From Psychrobium sp. (GTDB lineage Bacteria; Pseudomonadota; Gammaproteobacteria; Enterobacterales; Psychrobiaceae): DNA of 59,310 nucleotides. How positions within the stretch are numbered: position 1 is the first letter of the stretch; each line of letters begins with the position of its first letter. The translations under genes were made by a program, and so were the position numbers. The DNA is taken from assembly GCA_013214905.1 (NCBI GenBank), contig JABSRV010000006.1:1-59310 (forward strand), in the 5' to 3' direction. Below are positions 1 to 9,400 of this stretch, in pieces. The notes under the pieces are model-generated. The model was not told the DNA's origin and ran no database searches. It saw nothing but the letters and a program-made list of their open reading frames with translations.

Positions 1-73
1 CGTATATACGACCGCATCTTATTCTGTTTTATGTGAAATTATTAGTTGTAAAATACGTGGAGTCCATATACGC
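1..73 (+). mobile_element. Right end of an IS110-family (IS1111-group) element, truncated by the window edge
   Basis: 72/73 nt identical to 4166-4238, the right end of the full copy; includes the sub-terminal IR GTGGAGTCCATA at 57-68; the sequences diverge after ...CATATACGC. Confidence 0.93.
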
Positions 74-271
74 CTTAGAAATAGTTGTGCCAATGTTGGT
101 TTTGGGATTAGGTTTTGTATGGGTAATATCAAGTTGATCTGGCCAATCAAGTGAACCTGACCCCTTTGAACCTCTAATATTTCTTTACGCTGCTTTAGCA
201 TCGAACAAGATAAAATTAGCCATCGCCAATCAAAGAACCATGTCAGCATGGCGCAATTTGAACAGCAATGG

Positions 272-287
272 CGTGATGATTTAGCTA
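272..287 (+). repeat. 16-bp direct repeat CGTGATGATTTAGCTA, left copy
   Basis: Exact second copy at 2670-2685; the two bracket the lipoprotein operon; this copy contains the TAG stop of the 285..953 gene. Confidence 0.9.
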
Positions 288-953
288 CTTTTGAACGGAA
301 ACTCGAACCGGTTCAGCTTGATCCTTAAGATATTTAGGATGATACGGTCCCTTTGGTAAATCGACGATAACATTGCGATTTACGGTCCGCGCAATTGGCA
401 CATAATCTGTAATAGCGGTGCTAATAGCCGTCGCTATTATATCAGCAAATATATTGCCACTGCCGCCAGATGTATTATGAACAACGGTGCGCTCTTGCAA
501 CCATAAAGTCTCGCTATTGGCGGTCGAAATTAACTCAAACGATGCACCAACAGTCACATTACCGCCAGTGACATAATAATTTGTATCCCATGAATTAATC
601 GTAACAAATAAAACAGCATCTGCGCCAAATAGTAAATTAAATTTGCTCATATCTGCCGTTCTTAATTCAGCACCATCAACCACTCCTTGCATGTTTAAGA
701 TCTGCTTAACGATAGGAACTGACATCACATAAAAACCGGCTTCACTTAACGGTTGTGCGATAGTCGTCAAATAAAGTTCAGGAGCATCTGCTGCAGTGGA
801 AAGGTTGATAGCAGGGACAACAACTATACTTCTAGGCTGCTGCTGATATAACGCTTGATACGCTTCGCCCTTGGTGCTTAATGGTGTAGTTTTACACCCA
901 GATAGCGTAATAACAAAACCAATTAATGCTAGGGTTAATAGTTTATGCATCAT
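285..953 (-). CDS. GNA1162/DUF799-family lipoprotein
   Basis: Lipobox LSGC; PRSIVVVPAINLS and LFGADAVLFVTI segments typical of the family; last gene of the CsgG-type operon. Confidence 0.8.
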   Translation of the reverse strand: MMHKLLTLALIGFVITLSGCKTTPLSTKGEAYQALYQQQPRSIVVVPAINLSTAADAPELYLTTIAQPLSEAGFYVMSVPIVKQILNMQGVVDGAELRTADMSKFNLLFGADAVLFVTINSWDTNYYVTGGNVTVGASFELISTANSETLWLQERTVVHNTSGGSGNIFADIIATAISTAITDYVPIARTVNRNVIVDLPKGPYHPKYLKDQAEPVRVSVQK

Positions 954-1296
954 TTAATTCCTTTATTTTTTCAATGAGGTAATTCATGAACTTTTTCGAT
1001 TCAGGAAAGTTTTTTGCTTCCTGCTCGTAATATGAAATAGCCTGTTCCGCCTGGTTATTTTCCATCGCTAGCAAACCTAATTCTGCGTATATGCCTGGTG
1101 CGACTTTTTTGTTCTTCTTTTTAGATTTCTTAACTATATCTAGCATCATTTCCTGATGTTTTAGACGCGTCTTTTCACTCGGCTCTACCACGTACTTATG
1201 AGCAGTTTGTGAGTAATCACCCCAATGATACAGTGATTTAGTTTGGCAACCTGCTAGTGATATCACCAACAACACAGTAAATATTATTTTATTCAT
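943..1296 (-). CDS. DUF4810-type small TPR-like lipoprotein
   Basis: Lipobox LAGC; LYHWGDY and VAPGIYAELG...EAKNFPES motifs; usual neighbour of CsgG and GNA1162 homologues. Confidence 0.75.
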   Translation of the reverse strand: MNKIIFTVLLVISLAGCQTKSLYHWGDYSQTAHKYVVEPSEKTRLKHQEMMLDIVKKSKKKNKKVAPGIYAELGLLAMENNQAEQAISYYEQEAKNFPESKKFMNYLIEKIKELNDA

Positions 1297-1616
1297 GGCA
1301 CAATAACCTCAATAGTTTGACCTGACGAAACATAGAATTTTCGATTTACAACGACAATACCGTCACGAGTCACCCGAATTTTATGAGTGCCCTTAGTCAA
1401 AGGTAATTTTGCTGTTAATTTGTTATCAATACGGTATGTTTTTATCTGTGGCTGATCCAATATTATTGGATCAGAGTTATCTAGAATCAGAGTCGCGCCA
1501 ACAAAATTTCCACTCAATTTTAAATAAGCGATATCGTCAACAGCAGTCGTACTTTCATAATGACTAGAACAGGCGCTGACGAGTAACGCCAATGCTAGGA
1601 TAATAATTTTTTTCAT
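1293..1616 (-). CDS. Small beta-rich lipoprotein (PEGA/DUF2846-like fold possible)
   Basis: Lipobox VSAC; overlaps the downstream gene by 4 nt; GTHKIRV and other beta-strand pattern. Confidence 0.65.
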   Translation of the reverse strand: MKKIIILALALLVSACSSHYESTTAVDDIAYLKLSGNFVGATLILDNSDPIILDQPQIKTYRIDNKLTAKLPLTKGTHKIRVTRDGIVVVNRKFYVSSGQTIEVIVP

Positions 1617-1619
1617 CGC

Positions 1620-2552
1620 TTAATCCTTTATTTCGCGTATTACAACGTCTTTTATCTGGTCTTTAGGTAGCTGACCATTATAAATTTCAACATAAGAAAC
1701 AGAGTTATCACCTTGACCGATAAACTCAATCACTTTAATTTTAGCAATTTTTTCACCAGGTAATTCCAGTTGCATTCCAGTTTGAGGGTTAGTGATTGTT
1801 TGACCTTTAACTACAACAGAAAATTTATCACCAATCTTAACGCCTTGATCTTCACCGCCAGTCATTAAGAACCCATTACCAAAATCGCTAACAATATAAG
1901 CCTGCCAAGGTGAATCCATTAAATTTTCAATAATATTTGAAGTCAGTTTTGAAATCGCTGCCGACAATGATTTATCATCAATTTTAGTATTATAAGCGGC
2001 TCTTTCACCCACGCCCATTACACGACTTGATTCGACTCTGGCTTCACCGGTTGCTTCTTCTGAATAAACAATTTTTCCGGTTTTAGTATTAACCAAGCGT
2101 ATATTGACTGTTGCCGTGGCAACTTGAATTTTGTTGCGACTAAAAACACCAACCTCACTCACGGTACTGCGACCAAACTCAGAAACTGAGCCTAGGATTA
2201 TAAAATCAGCAGCAACTTTTGTGTATGCTTCTTCTGCGATAATAGTTGAGAGGTCTTGTCGCTCGAGTAGAATAAATTTACCACTGTCGGTTAATCGTGC
2301 AGCCAATATATCAGATGCCTGCTGACCTAACTTTGATGCACCACTGAATAAGAAAGAGCTACCGCGTTTAGTTTCATCACTGAATCTGCCGATTGCTACC
2401 ATTCTTTTTAAGGTTTTTTGATCAGGGGCTATTATTGTTGGACTAATCACGGGGATTATTTCAACTGCCGGGCTCAAGCTTTCTCGGGTGGTTGTGGTAC
2501 AGGCGCTGATAAGCGCTAAGGAAAGTCCAATAATGGACAGTTTTTTAATCAT
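1620..2552 (-). CDS. CsgG/HfaB-family lipoprotein with C-terminal beta domain
   Basis: Lipobox ISAC; VAIGRF, SGKFILLER, ADFIILGSVSEFG, VNIRLVNTKTGKIV motifs. ATG at 2552 follows a GAGGGA RBS (the ORF track starts at GTG 2567). Confidence 0.85.
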   Translation of the reverse strand: MIKKLSIIGLSLALISACTTTTRESLSPAVEIIPVISPTIIAPDQKTLKRMVAIGRFSDETKRGSSFLFSGASKLGQQASDILAARLTDSGKFILLERQDLSTIIAEEAYTKVAADFIILGSVSEFGRSTVSEVGVFSRNKIQVATATVNIRLVNTKTGKIVYSEEATGEARVESSRVMGVGERAAYNTKIDDKSLSAAISKLTSNIIENLMDSPWQAYIVSDFGNGFLMTGGEDQGVKIGDKFSVVVKGQTITNPQTGMQLELPGEKIAKIKVIEFIGQGDNSVSYVEIYNGQLPKDQIKDVVIREIKD

Positions 2553-2669
2553 TCTATTATCCCTCACTAAATAAAAAGAGATAATCTAACATAAATAAAA
2601 AACAAATGTGACTATATTACCCCCTAGTATTAATAACAAGCTTATGTTTTTAATGCTATTTATTATAGT

Positions 2670-2685
2670 CGTGATGATTTAGCTA
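2670..2685 (+). repeat. 16-bp direct repeat CGTGATGATTTAGCTA, right copy
   Basis: Exact match to 272-287. Confidence 0.9.
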
Positions 2686-2920
2686 ATCGCAAGCGTCTGA
2701 AATAACGCTATTTTGAGCTGACGGCAAAGATGGGGCAGTCATAAAAATCTGACTGATATTCAATGACTTTAAAACCAAACCCTTTTTATTGAAATAATTA
2801 GTACCAAATGACCGATCGCGCACCGATGGTTAAAGCTCACGCTATCTCGCTTTTGCGATGTATGGACTCCACTCCCCCATCAGGATAGTCTGAAGTGGTC
2901 AACTATCGAGGAGAGCTACT

Positions 2921-3955
2921 ATGTTAAAATCTAATATTATCGGCATCGATTTAGCAAAAAACGTACTTCAAATTTGTGTGATCTGTAAAGACGGTGAATG
3001 AATCAGTAACAAAGCCGTTAGTCGTCAAAAATTGAAAGAGATACTGGCTAAGTCAAATCCTGCGATCGTTGGCATTGAAGGTTGCGGTAGTAGCCATTAC
3101 TGGGGCAGGCTTGCTGAACAGTTCAATCATGATGTTCGTATTATCAGTCCGAAGAAAGTAAAAGGATTTCTTCAAGGTCAAAAAACAGATGCTAATGATG
3201 CACTCGCCATAGCAAATGCAGCGATGCAAATCGGCTTAAAGTACAGCAAACCTAAAAGTGAAGAGCAACAGATCCTTCAATCGCTAGAAGCAAGCCGCGT
3301 TTATCTTTCGCGGAATATTACATCCTTGGGCAATCATATCAGGGCTATGCTTTATGAATATGGCATCGTTAGCGCCAAAGGTTATCCAGGGCTGTTAAAG
3401 GTGGTTCACGAGACCCTTGATGAACAACATCCTCTTCCTGCGAACTTGCTATCGACGTTACATCAACTGTGGGCACATTATCTGGGGCTAAAAGAGGAAT
3501 TTTCCATACAAGAAAAAACTAAAAACACATTGGTACGTCAGTTAGAGCCATGCAAATCACTGATGGCATTAGAAGGTGTCGCAGAAGTTTGTGCAAGTAT
3601 GCTTTATTCATCACTTGGTAATGGTAAACAGTTTAAAAACGGTAGAGAAGCATCTGCCTTTGTCGGATTAACACCAAAACAGCACAGCTCTGGCGGTAAG
3701 GTATTTATGATGGGTATTGATAAAAGAGGTGGTATTAAAGAATTAAGGGCTGCTTTATTTCAAGGGGCACTGGCAGTGGTCACTCAGTTACCTGAAGAGC
3801 CTAAAACAGTGAAACAAGTGTGGCTGATTCAATTGTTACAGCGAGTCGGGCTTAAACGAACGTGTATTGCTCTGGCGAATAAGACCGTCAGGACAGCTTG
3901 GGCAATGTTAAGACACGAAACCACTTATAAACAACAGTTATTAATTAAGACATAA
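2921..3955 (+). pseudogene. IS110-family transposase/recombinase with premature stop
   Basis: ATG 2921 after GAGGAG reads MLKSNIIGIDLAKNVLQ (first catalytic Asp), then in-frame TGA at 2999-3001. The frame continues with IEGCG, KTDANDA and GLTPKQHSSGGK. The 3032 ORF lacks the GIDLAK motif. Confidence 0.88.
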
Positions 3956-4006
3956 GGTAAACAAAGCCTTATATAAACAACAATTATTAATAAAGGCCTA
4001 AGGTAA

Positions 4007-4221
4007 CGAAAAATAAACGAATTTTACAGTAATGATTTAGCATAAACGGTAAGACCAACCTATTAAAACCTGTCTTTCGCGCAAGCCATAAAAGGCTGCT
4101 TTTGCGATTAGGATAATAGGTGCGAAAACATCATTGGCTAGAGAGTAGCACTCTCAATATAAAGCCGTATATACGACCGCATCTTATTCTGTTTTATGTG
4201 AAGTTATTAGTTGTAAAATAC
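4007..4221 (+). ncRNA. Putative bridge/seek RNA in the IS1111 3' non-coding region (boundaries approximate)
   Basis: IS1111 elements encode the guide RNA downstream of tnp (established). CTTTCGCG (4074-4081) is complementary to the right target flank; GCTTTTGCGAT (4098-4108) equals the core plus left end; CGTATATACG (4166-4175) matches the right-end ATATACG. Confidence 0.7.
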
Positions 4222-4349
4222 GTGGAGTCCATATACGCGAAAGCGACTTACAAACTTGCTAACACCGAAGAGCATGATGACAGTCAGACGCTCTATATTG
4301 ATTGATTAGATCGGGTCATCACTCTTACACAGTTCAAATAATTGATGCC

Positions 4350-4812
4350 CTATATTCTTTTGCAGATCGATATTTCATCGTTGGTGGTGGTTTTCCAATG
4401 TTCTTTGTTGACCGAAATTGTCGTTAGCGGGTAATTATTATTTAATGCCTCCTTTTCTAACTGTTGCAAGTTGTCGTCGGTCAAAATGTCTAAATGGTCA
4501 AAGATCACTGAGAAATCAATGTGGGTGGTGTTATATAACAGTTGGCTGTTTTTATAAGTCCAGCTGCCCTTGGCTTGTGAATGATATTTGGCTATCGCTT
4601 CACCTCTTATAACTAAAAGTCGTTTCGTTATAAGAGGTGAAGCTCATGTCTTTACTGTTAAAACCTTCGATATAGGGGCCTGTCATATGAACGCCATCGC
4701 TAGTTTGATCAAGTTGGCAGCGCCACTTGCCATGCAATAACTTAATCTGCTCATGGTCTATAGCGTAGGCATTAGCGCTTAACAGACTCAGTAATAACAG
4801 TGCTTTGATCAA
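4350..4812 (-). pseudogene. Frameshifted secreted protein (lipocalin-like beta-barrel pattern), about 153 aa if repaired
   Basis: Signal peptide and LHGKWRC in the 70-aa ORF; after a shift near 4605-4612 another frame stays open for about 86 codons (AKGSWTYKN...ISICKRI) to TAG at 4350-4352. Confidence 0.7.
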
Positions 4813-4848
4813 AAATCTCTCCTTAGACTATTTGATAGGGTGTAAAGC

Positions 4849-6216
4849 TTATGAATGAAACGCTTTCATTGCTTCAATATTAATGATACCGGAACGATTT
4901 AGCGTCACTTTAAAGCGTTGTAAATATTTTTTTTCTTTATTGCTTTGCACCAACAATAAATTAACTTGGTAGCGTCTTTCAACCCCTTGTTGGCTAATTT
5001 TTTGTCCCTCTAGGTGATATAAGCGTCCTTCACCTTTTTTTAAGAAGCGTACAAATGGCGCCAAGTTAAAGCTTATTCGCTGCTGGATCTCGTCATAACC
5101 GGGCAAAAACCGCTTGGCGATAACTTTGGTATTGCTGCGGAAATGTAATATTTGTGCCGCCATTTTATTTTGCTGGCGACGCTTATCAAACATGCTGCTA
5201 ACGTCTTCAGGCAAGTCTTTGTCGTCAAGGTACTCTAGCCAAATGGTTTGCTTAGCGACAATAGTCTTGGTGGCGCTATTGCTAAACACATGCTGCCACT
5301 TAGGCAGACCATGTTGAATCTTACGCCATATAAGTTGTGTTATATCGTCTTTAAACGTTTCTCGTAGGCCATAAATCACCCCTAAAATAGCTACTAATAC
5401 AATGGTCACTTCGGTGAATGTGGTGCGCGCGTTTAAGACTAACGTCATCACAAATGCCATGATAATGGCGGTGACCGTGCCGCGTACTAAGCGGCGAAGA
5501 TTTTTGTTAAGGTGGCGAACATCGCGCTTAAATACCACGCCATATTCTATGAGGTGTTGCAAAAGTCGCATTTTGTTGGTGATTCGGTTGGGATCACCAA
5601 TAGTAATTTGTGAGTTATATTGCTTCTCGCCACGATAATCGTTTTCACAGCGACACAAATTGAGCAAAAAATCACGTGCGTCGCTATCGTCGCTAGTTTT
5701 AGGGCCTTTAGCCAACAGTTTAAGAAATGACTGCTCAACATGCCAACTGAGATAGTTGTCGGCGTTTTCAAAGTAAGATTTTAATCTTTTGTCGCTAGGG
5801 CTATTGCGGCGTAGTTTTTTTAACAAGCTGATGCTTTGCTCGGCCACTTCAACACTTTGTAGGTAATAATTGTGTTGTTCTTTATTTTGCAGTATTTGAT
5901 TAATGTCGGTATCAAGCGCCATTTTAATTTGATAACTAAATAGATTGAGGTTGACGCGATAGTCGTCTTGACCACCTTTTTTTGCACTAATAAAACGACT
6001 GCGTACCAAGGGCAAATGCAATTGGTCGGAATAATAAGCAGAGCGTGTTTTGATACTGCTATGAAAGTAACTTTGCTCTTCCAAAGTCTGCGGACCAATG
6101 CCCATTTCATTAGGCAACGAGAAATATAAGTCGATGCGCTGATGTTCTAGCGGCTGTAATTGATGACTTAGGGTAATAGACAGGTTTTCATCTTGCTTCA
6201 AGTTAGTAATTTTCAA
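4849..6216 (-). CDS. Hypothetical membrane protein with two central TM helices
   Basis: 455-aa ORF; hydrophobic hairpin (GTVTAIIMAFVMTLVL, VTIVLVAILGVIYGL); divergent from the SMC operon. Confidence 0.75.
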   Translation of the reverse strand: MKITNLKQDENLSITLSHQLQPLEHQRIDLYFSLPNEMGIGPQTLEEQSYFHSSIKTRSAYYSDQLHLPLVRSRFISAKKGGQDDYRVNLNLFSYQIKMALDTDINQILQNKEQHNYYLQSVEVAEQSISLLKKLRRNSPSDKRLKSYFENADNYLSWHVEQSFLKLLAKGPKTSDDSDARDFLLNLCRCENDYRGEKQYNSQITIGDPNRITNKMRLLQHLIEYGVVFKRDVRHLNKNLRRLVRGTVTAIIMAFVMTLVLNARTTFTEVTIVLVAILGVIYGLRETFKDDITQLIWRKIQHGLPKWQHVFSNSATKTIVAKQTIWLEYLDDKDLPEDVSSMFDKRRQQNKMAAQILHFRSNTKVIAKRFLPGYDEIQQRISFNLAPFVRFLKKGEGRLYHLEGQKISQQGVERRYQVNLLLVQSNKEKKYLQRFKVTLNRSGIINIEAMKAFHS

Positions 6217-6405
6217 CGTGGATTGATAATCCTTTCCAACTGGTTAGAGTGTATTTAGTATGCCACTTTTCACCTCAAATAACCATCTGCCGGACTAAAT
6301 ATACAGCACATTTTAATCACCTATTTTTTGCTCACTTGTGCTTAATTCATTTCCCTATATGATGGAGCCTAATGGATTTTTAGCACGTGTTTTAGAGAGG
6401 TATTC

Positions 6406-9400
6406 ATGGCCAGTTTACGCCGTATCATTTTGATTCAAACTCACTTACCTGGAGTTGTCGAGTTATTGCTCGATGGCCATACCAATATTTGCGGAACCAA
6501 TGCGTCAGGCAAGACCACATTGCAACGCTTGATCCCTGTTTTCTATGGTGAGTTACCCAGCAAGGTAGTGCCAAAAACACGTAAGAAGTTTGATGATTTC
6601 TATTTACCGCAATCAAATAGCTATTTGGTGTATGAATATCAGCGCGAAGAGGGTGAAGTTTGTCAGGTGGTATTGACCCGCTCGGCCAAAGATGGCGTGC
6701 AATATCGCTTTGTTGACGCCCCTTATGATAAACAGCAATTATTGTTTCAAGACGATAAGGGTAAAGTTAATGCCTATGAATACGATCAATGGTTAACGCA
6801 GTTAAAAGCATTAGGCATTGTTAGCTCTCGTAAAATAAGCGCGACCAGTGAATATCGGGCGATTATTCAAAATGATACGTCTGGACTGCGTGGCAATACC
6901 AGCGATGGCATTAAATTACGCCAACTCGCCGCGCGTTATGCGCTGGTTGCACCTCGCCACAAAATTCGTCACATGGAAAAGTTGGTTAGTGCGGTGCATG
7001 CCAAAGAAGGCAAGATGGATACGCTACGTACCATGTTAGCGGCGATTTTTGAAGAAGACGGCTTAGTGCAGCCTACCACTCGCGTCAAAAATGCCAAGGC
7101 ACGTGATTGGATCATGCAAATGCGTCAATCAATGCGTTTAGAGTCGTTGCAAGGTGAGCAACAAAATATCACTGAATTGGCCGGTACACTTGACGTTAGC
7201 GAAGCGCAACTTGCATTATTACGACCACTGTTGGTGGACGATTTACAGCGTAGCATTACTCAGCGTGCAGATATTGAAGCACAAGAAAGTCAATTAAAAA
7301 GTCAACTGAACGAGCTAAAAAGCAGCTTTGCTGCCACTCAAGATGATCTCAATGCTCAAATAAGTCAGGCCGACGCGCAGTTAAAAACCTGTGATTCGCA
7401 GTTAGAGCATTTGCAAAGTCAGTTTGATGAGTATCAAGACAAGGACATGGAACAATTAGCGAGTGACTCACAATCACTGCCATTGTGGACGGAAGAGCTT
7501 ACCCAGAAACAGCAGCACTACCGCATTTTGTTAGAGCAATATGGCGATTTAGAGCAACAGCTTAATCAACAAAAATTAAGTCTTAATGAGTCATTAGATC
7601 GTTTAGGGCAAAAAAATCGCAAACAAATTCGTGAGATTGAGCAACAACGCGAAACAGTGCGCGGCGATCAAAGCGATAAGAAAGATCACCTAACCGAGCA
7701 ATACCAAAGCCGCCGCACGCAGCTTACCACTGATTTTGACGAGCAATTAAACCACCACCGCCATCAGTTAATCGAGCTGCAAGCACAAATTAACAATATG
7801 GGGCCAAGCGCCCAAGAGCAAGAAGATCTACAGCTTAGTGATAAACGCCTTGAATTAGCGCAAGATCATTGGCGCAGCGCGAGTGAGAAACAGCAACGTT
7901 ATAATACGGAGCATCAGCAATCACGCCAACAGCAAGATAAAGCGCAGACAGCCCTAGAGCATGCCCGCACCGACTTGCATCAAGTCGAGAAAAAATTACG
8001 TCTGCTTGATCTGCAAATGAATCCAGAGCAGGGCAGTTTTCGTCATTTCCTACGTGGTGAATTGCCAGGTTGGGAAAATACAGTCGGCAAGGTGATCAAC
8101 CAAGAATTATTGGATCGCAGTGATTTAGCGCCGCAATTAAGTCAGACCGCGTCAACAAGCAACAGTGATGTATTTGGCATTAAGTTGGCGTTGGCGGAAA
8201 TAGCCTCACCAAGTTATGCGCAAGACGAAATCGCCTTGCAAATAGAAAAAGAGCGTTTAGAAAATCGTTTTAGCAGTGCCAAGCAAACCCAAGCGCAATG
8301 TGAAGAAGCATTAACGCTGGCGCATGACAATACTAAGCAGAAGTTGGAATTACTGCAACAAGCCAAGCGCAAGTTAGACGAAGCCGACAATGAATTGTCC
8401 TTTGCCAAAGAGTCGAAACAGCGATTATTGAGCAATCATCAACAAGCCCTCAGTGAACGCCGCACCGTCGCGCAAGGTGGACTTAGCACCGCGCAAAAGC
8501 AAGTGCAGGAACTTGAGCAGCAAAAGAAAAAAAATCTACATGAATTATCAGATGATTATCACCAGCAAATGTTGGAGTTTAAAGCCGACTGGCAGCAAGA
8601 AATTGATTTACTTAATCAGCAAATTAATGAACTGGAAAGTCAGATTGATCAAAAACGTCAAAGCAATAAAGAACAAATTAAACAACTTGAAGATGCGTTT
8701 AATCTTGAGCTAGCCAATAAGGATATTGATCCCAATACCCTAAAAGATCTGCAACAGGGTATTGATCGTTTACAGCGCGATATCGATCAAGTGCGCGCTC
8801 GCCAAGAGGAGTTACGAGAATATCGCAGCTTTATGAAAGTTGACTGGCAGCGTAATCGTCCTAAATATCTTGAGCAGGAAACAGAGCTTAAAGCCTTGTT
8901 GCAACGATTAAATAGTAAGTTAAGCCAACATCAAACGGCGTACAAAGAGCAGCAACTTAACTTAGATCAACAGATCACTAATTGTAAAAATCAATTGCAG
9001 CAATTTAGAAAACTTATTGATGCCTTGCAGCCGCTGGTGGGTAAGCTGCAAGAGCTATATTTCCGCAACGATTTGCCACTCATTAATGAACAGAACATTG
9101 GCGATCAAGCAGAGCGATTAAGCCGTGCTAGCAGTGCATTGGAAGCACGCAGTAAACAGGCGCGTGAATTAAAAGACAAACTCAATAGCTTTGAGTCGTT
9201 GTTAATGAGTGACGCACAAAAACAATTTTTAGATTTATTGCAAAGTGAGTTATCACGCTTAGATGAGAATGCCGATCCTCGAGACAAGTTACCTATTTTT
9301 AAAGATTTATTGCAGATATTGGCGGATCAACAACGCCAAATACTTGAGCAGGGTGAAACCATTGGCGGTGATTTACACAAGTTCTTTACCGTATTTAGTG

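Larger units (their letters stand above)
2851..4238 (+). mobile_element. IS110-family insertion sequence, IS1111 group
   Basis: DEDD transposase; sub-terminal IRs TATGGACTCCAC (2861-2872) and GTGGAGTCCATA (4222-4233); long 3' non-coding region; shared (C)GC core at 2848-2850 and 4236-4238; joining the ends creates TTGTAA-N17-TACGCT, a circle-junction promoter. Confidence 0.9.

Noticed and set aside
19-249. 76-aa minus-strand ORF
   Set aside because: Runs antisense into the IS right end and a relic gene; no motif or RBS
285-2567. Curli biogenesis operon
   Set aside because: Only a CsgG-like gene; no curlin-repeat proteins or CsgE/F in the window
3032-3955. Intact 307-aa transposase
   Set aside because: Lacks the N-terminal GIDLAK catalytic motif, which lies upstream of the TGA at 2999
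4120-4305. 61-aa ORF
   Set aside because: Spans the IS non-coding region and junction; chance frame
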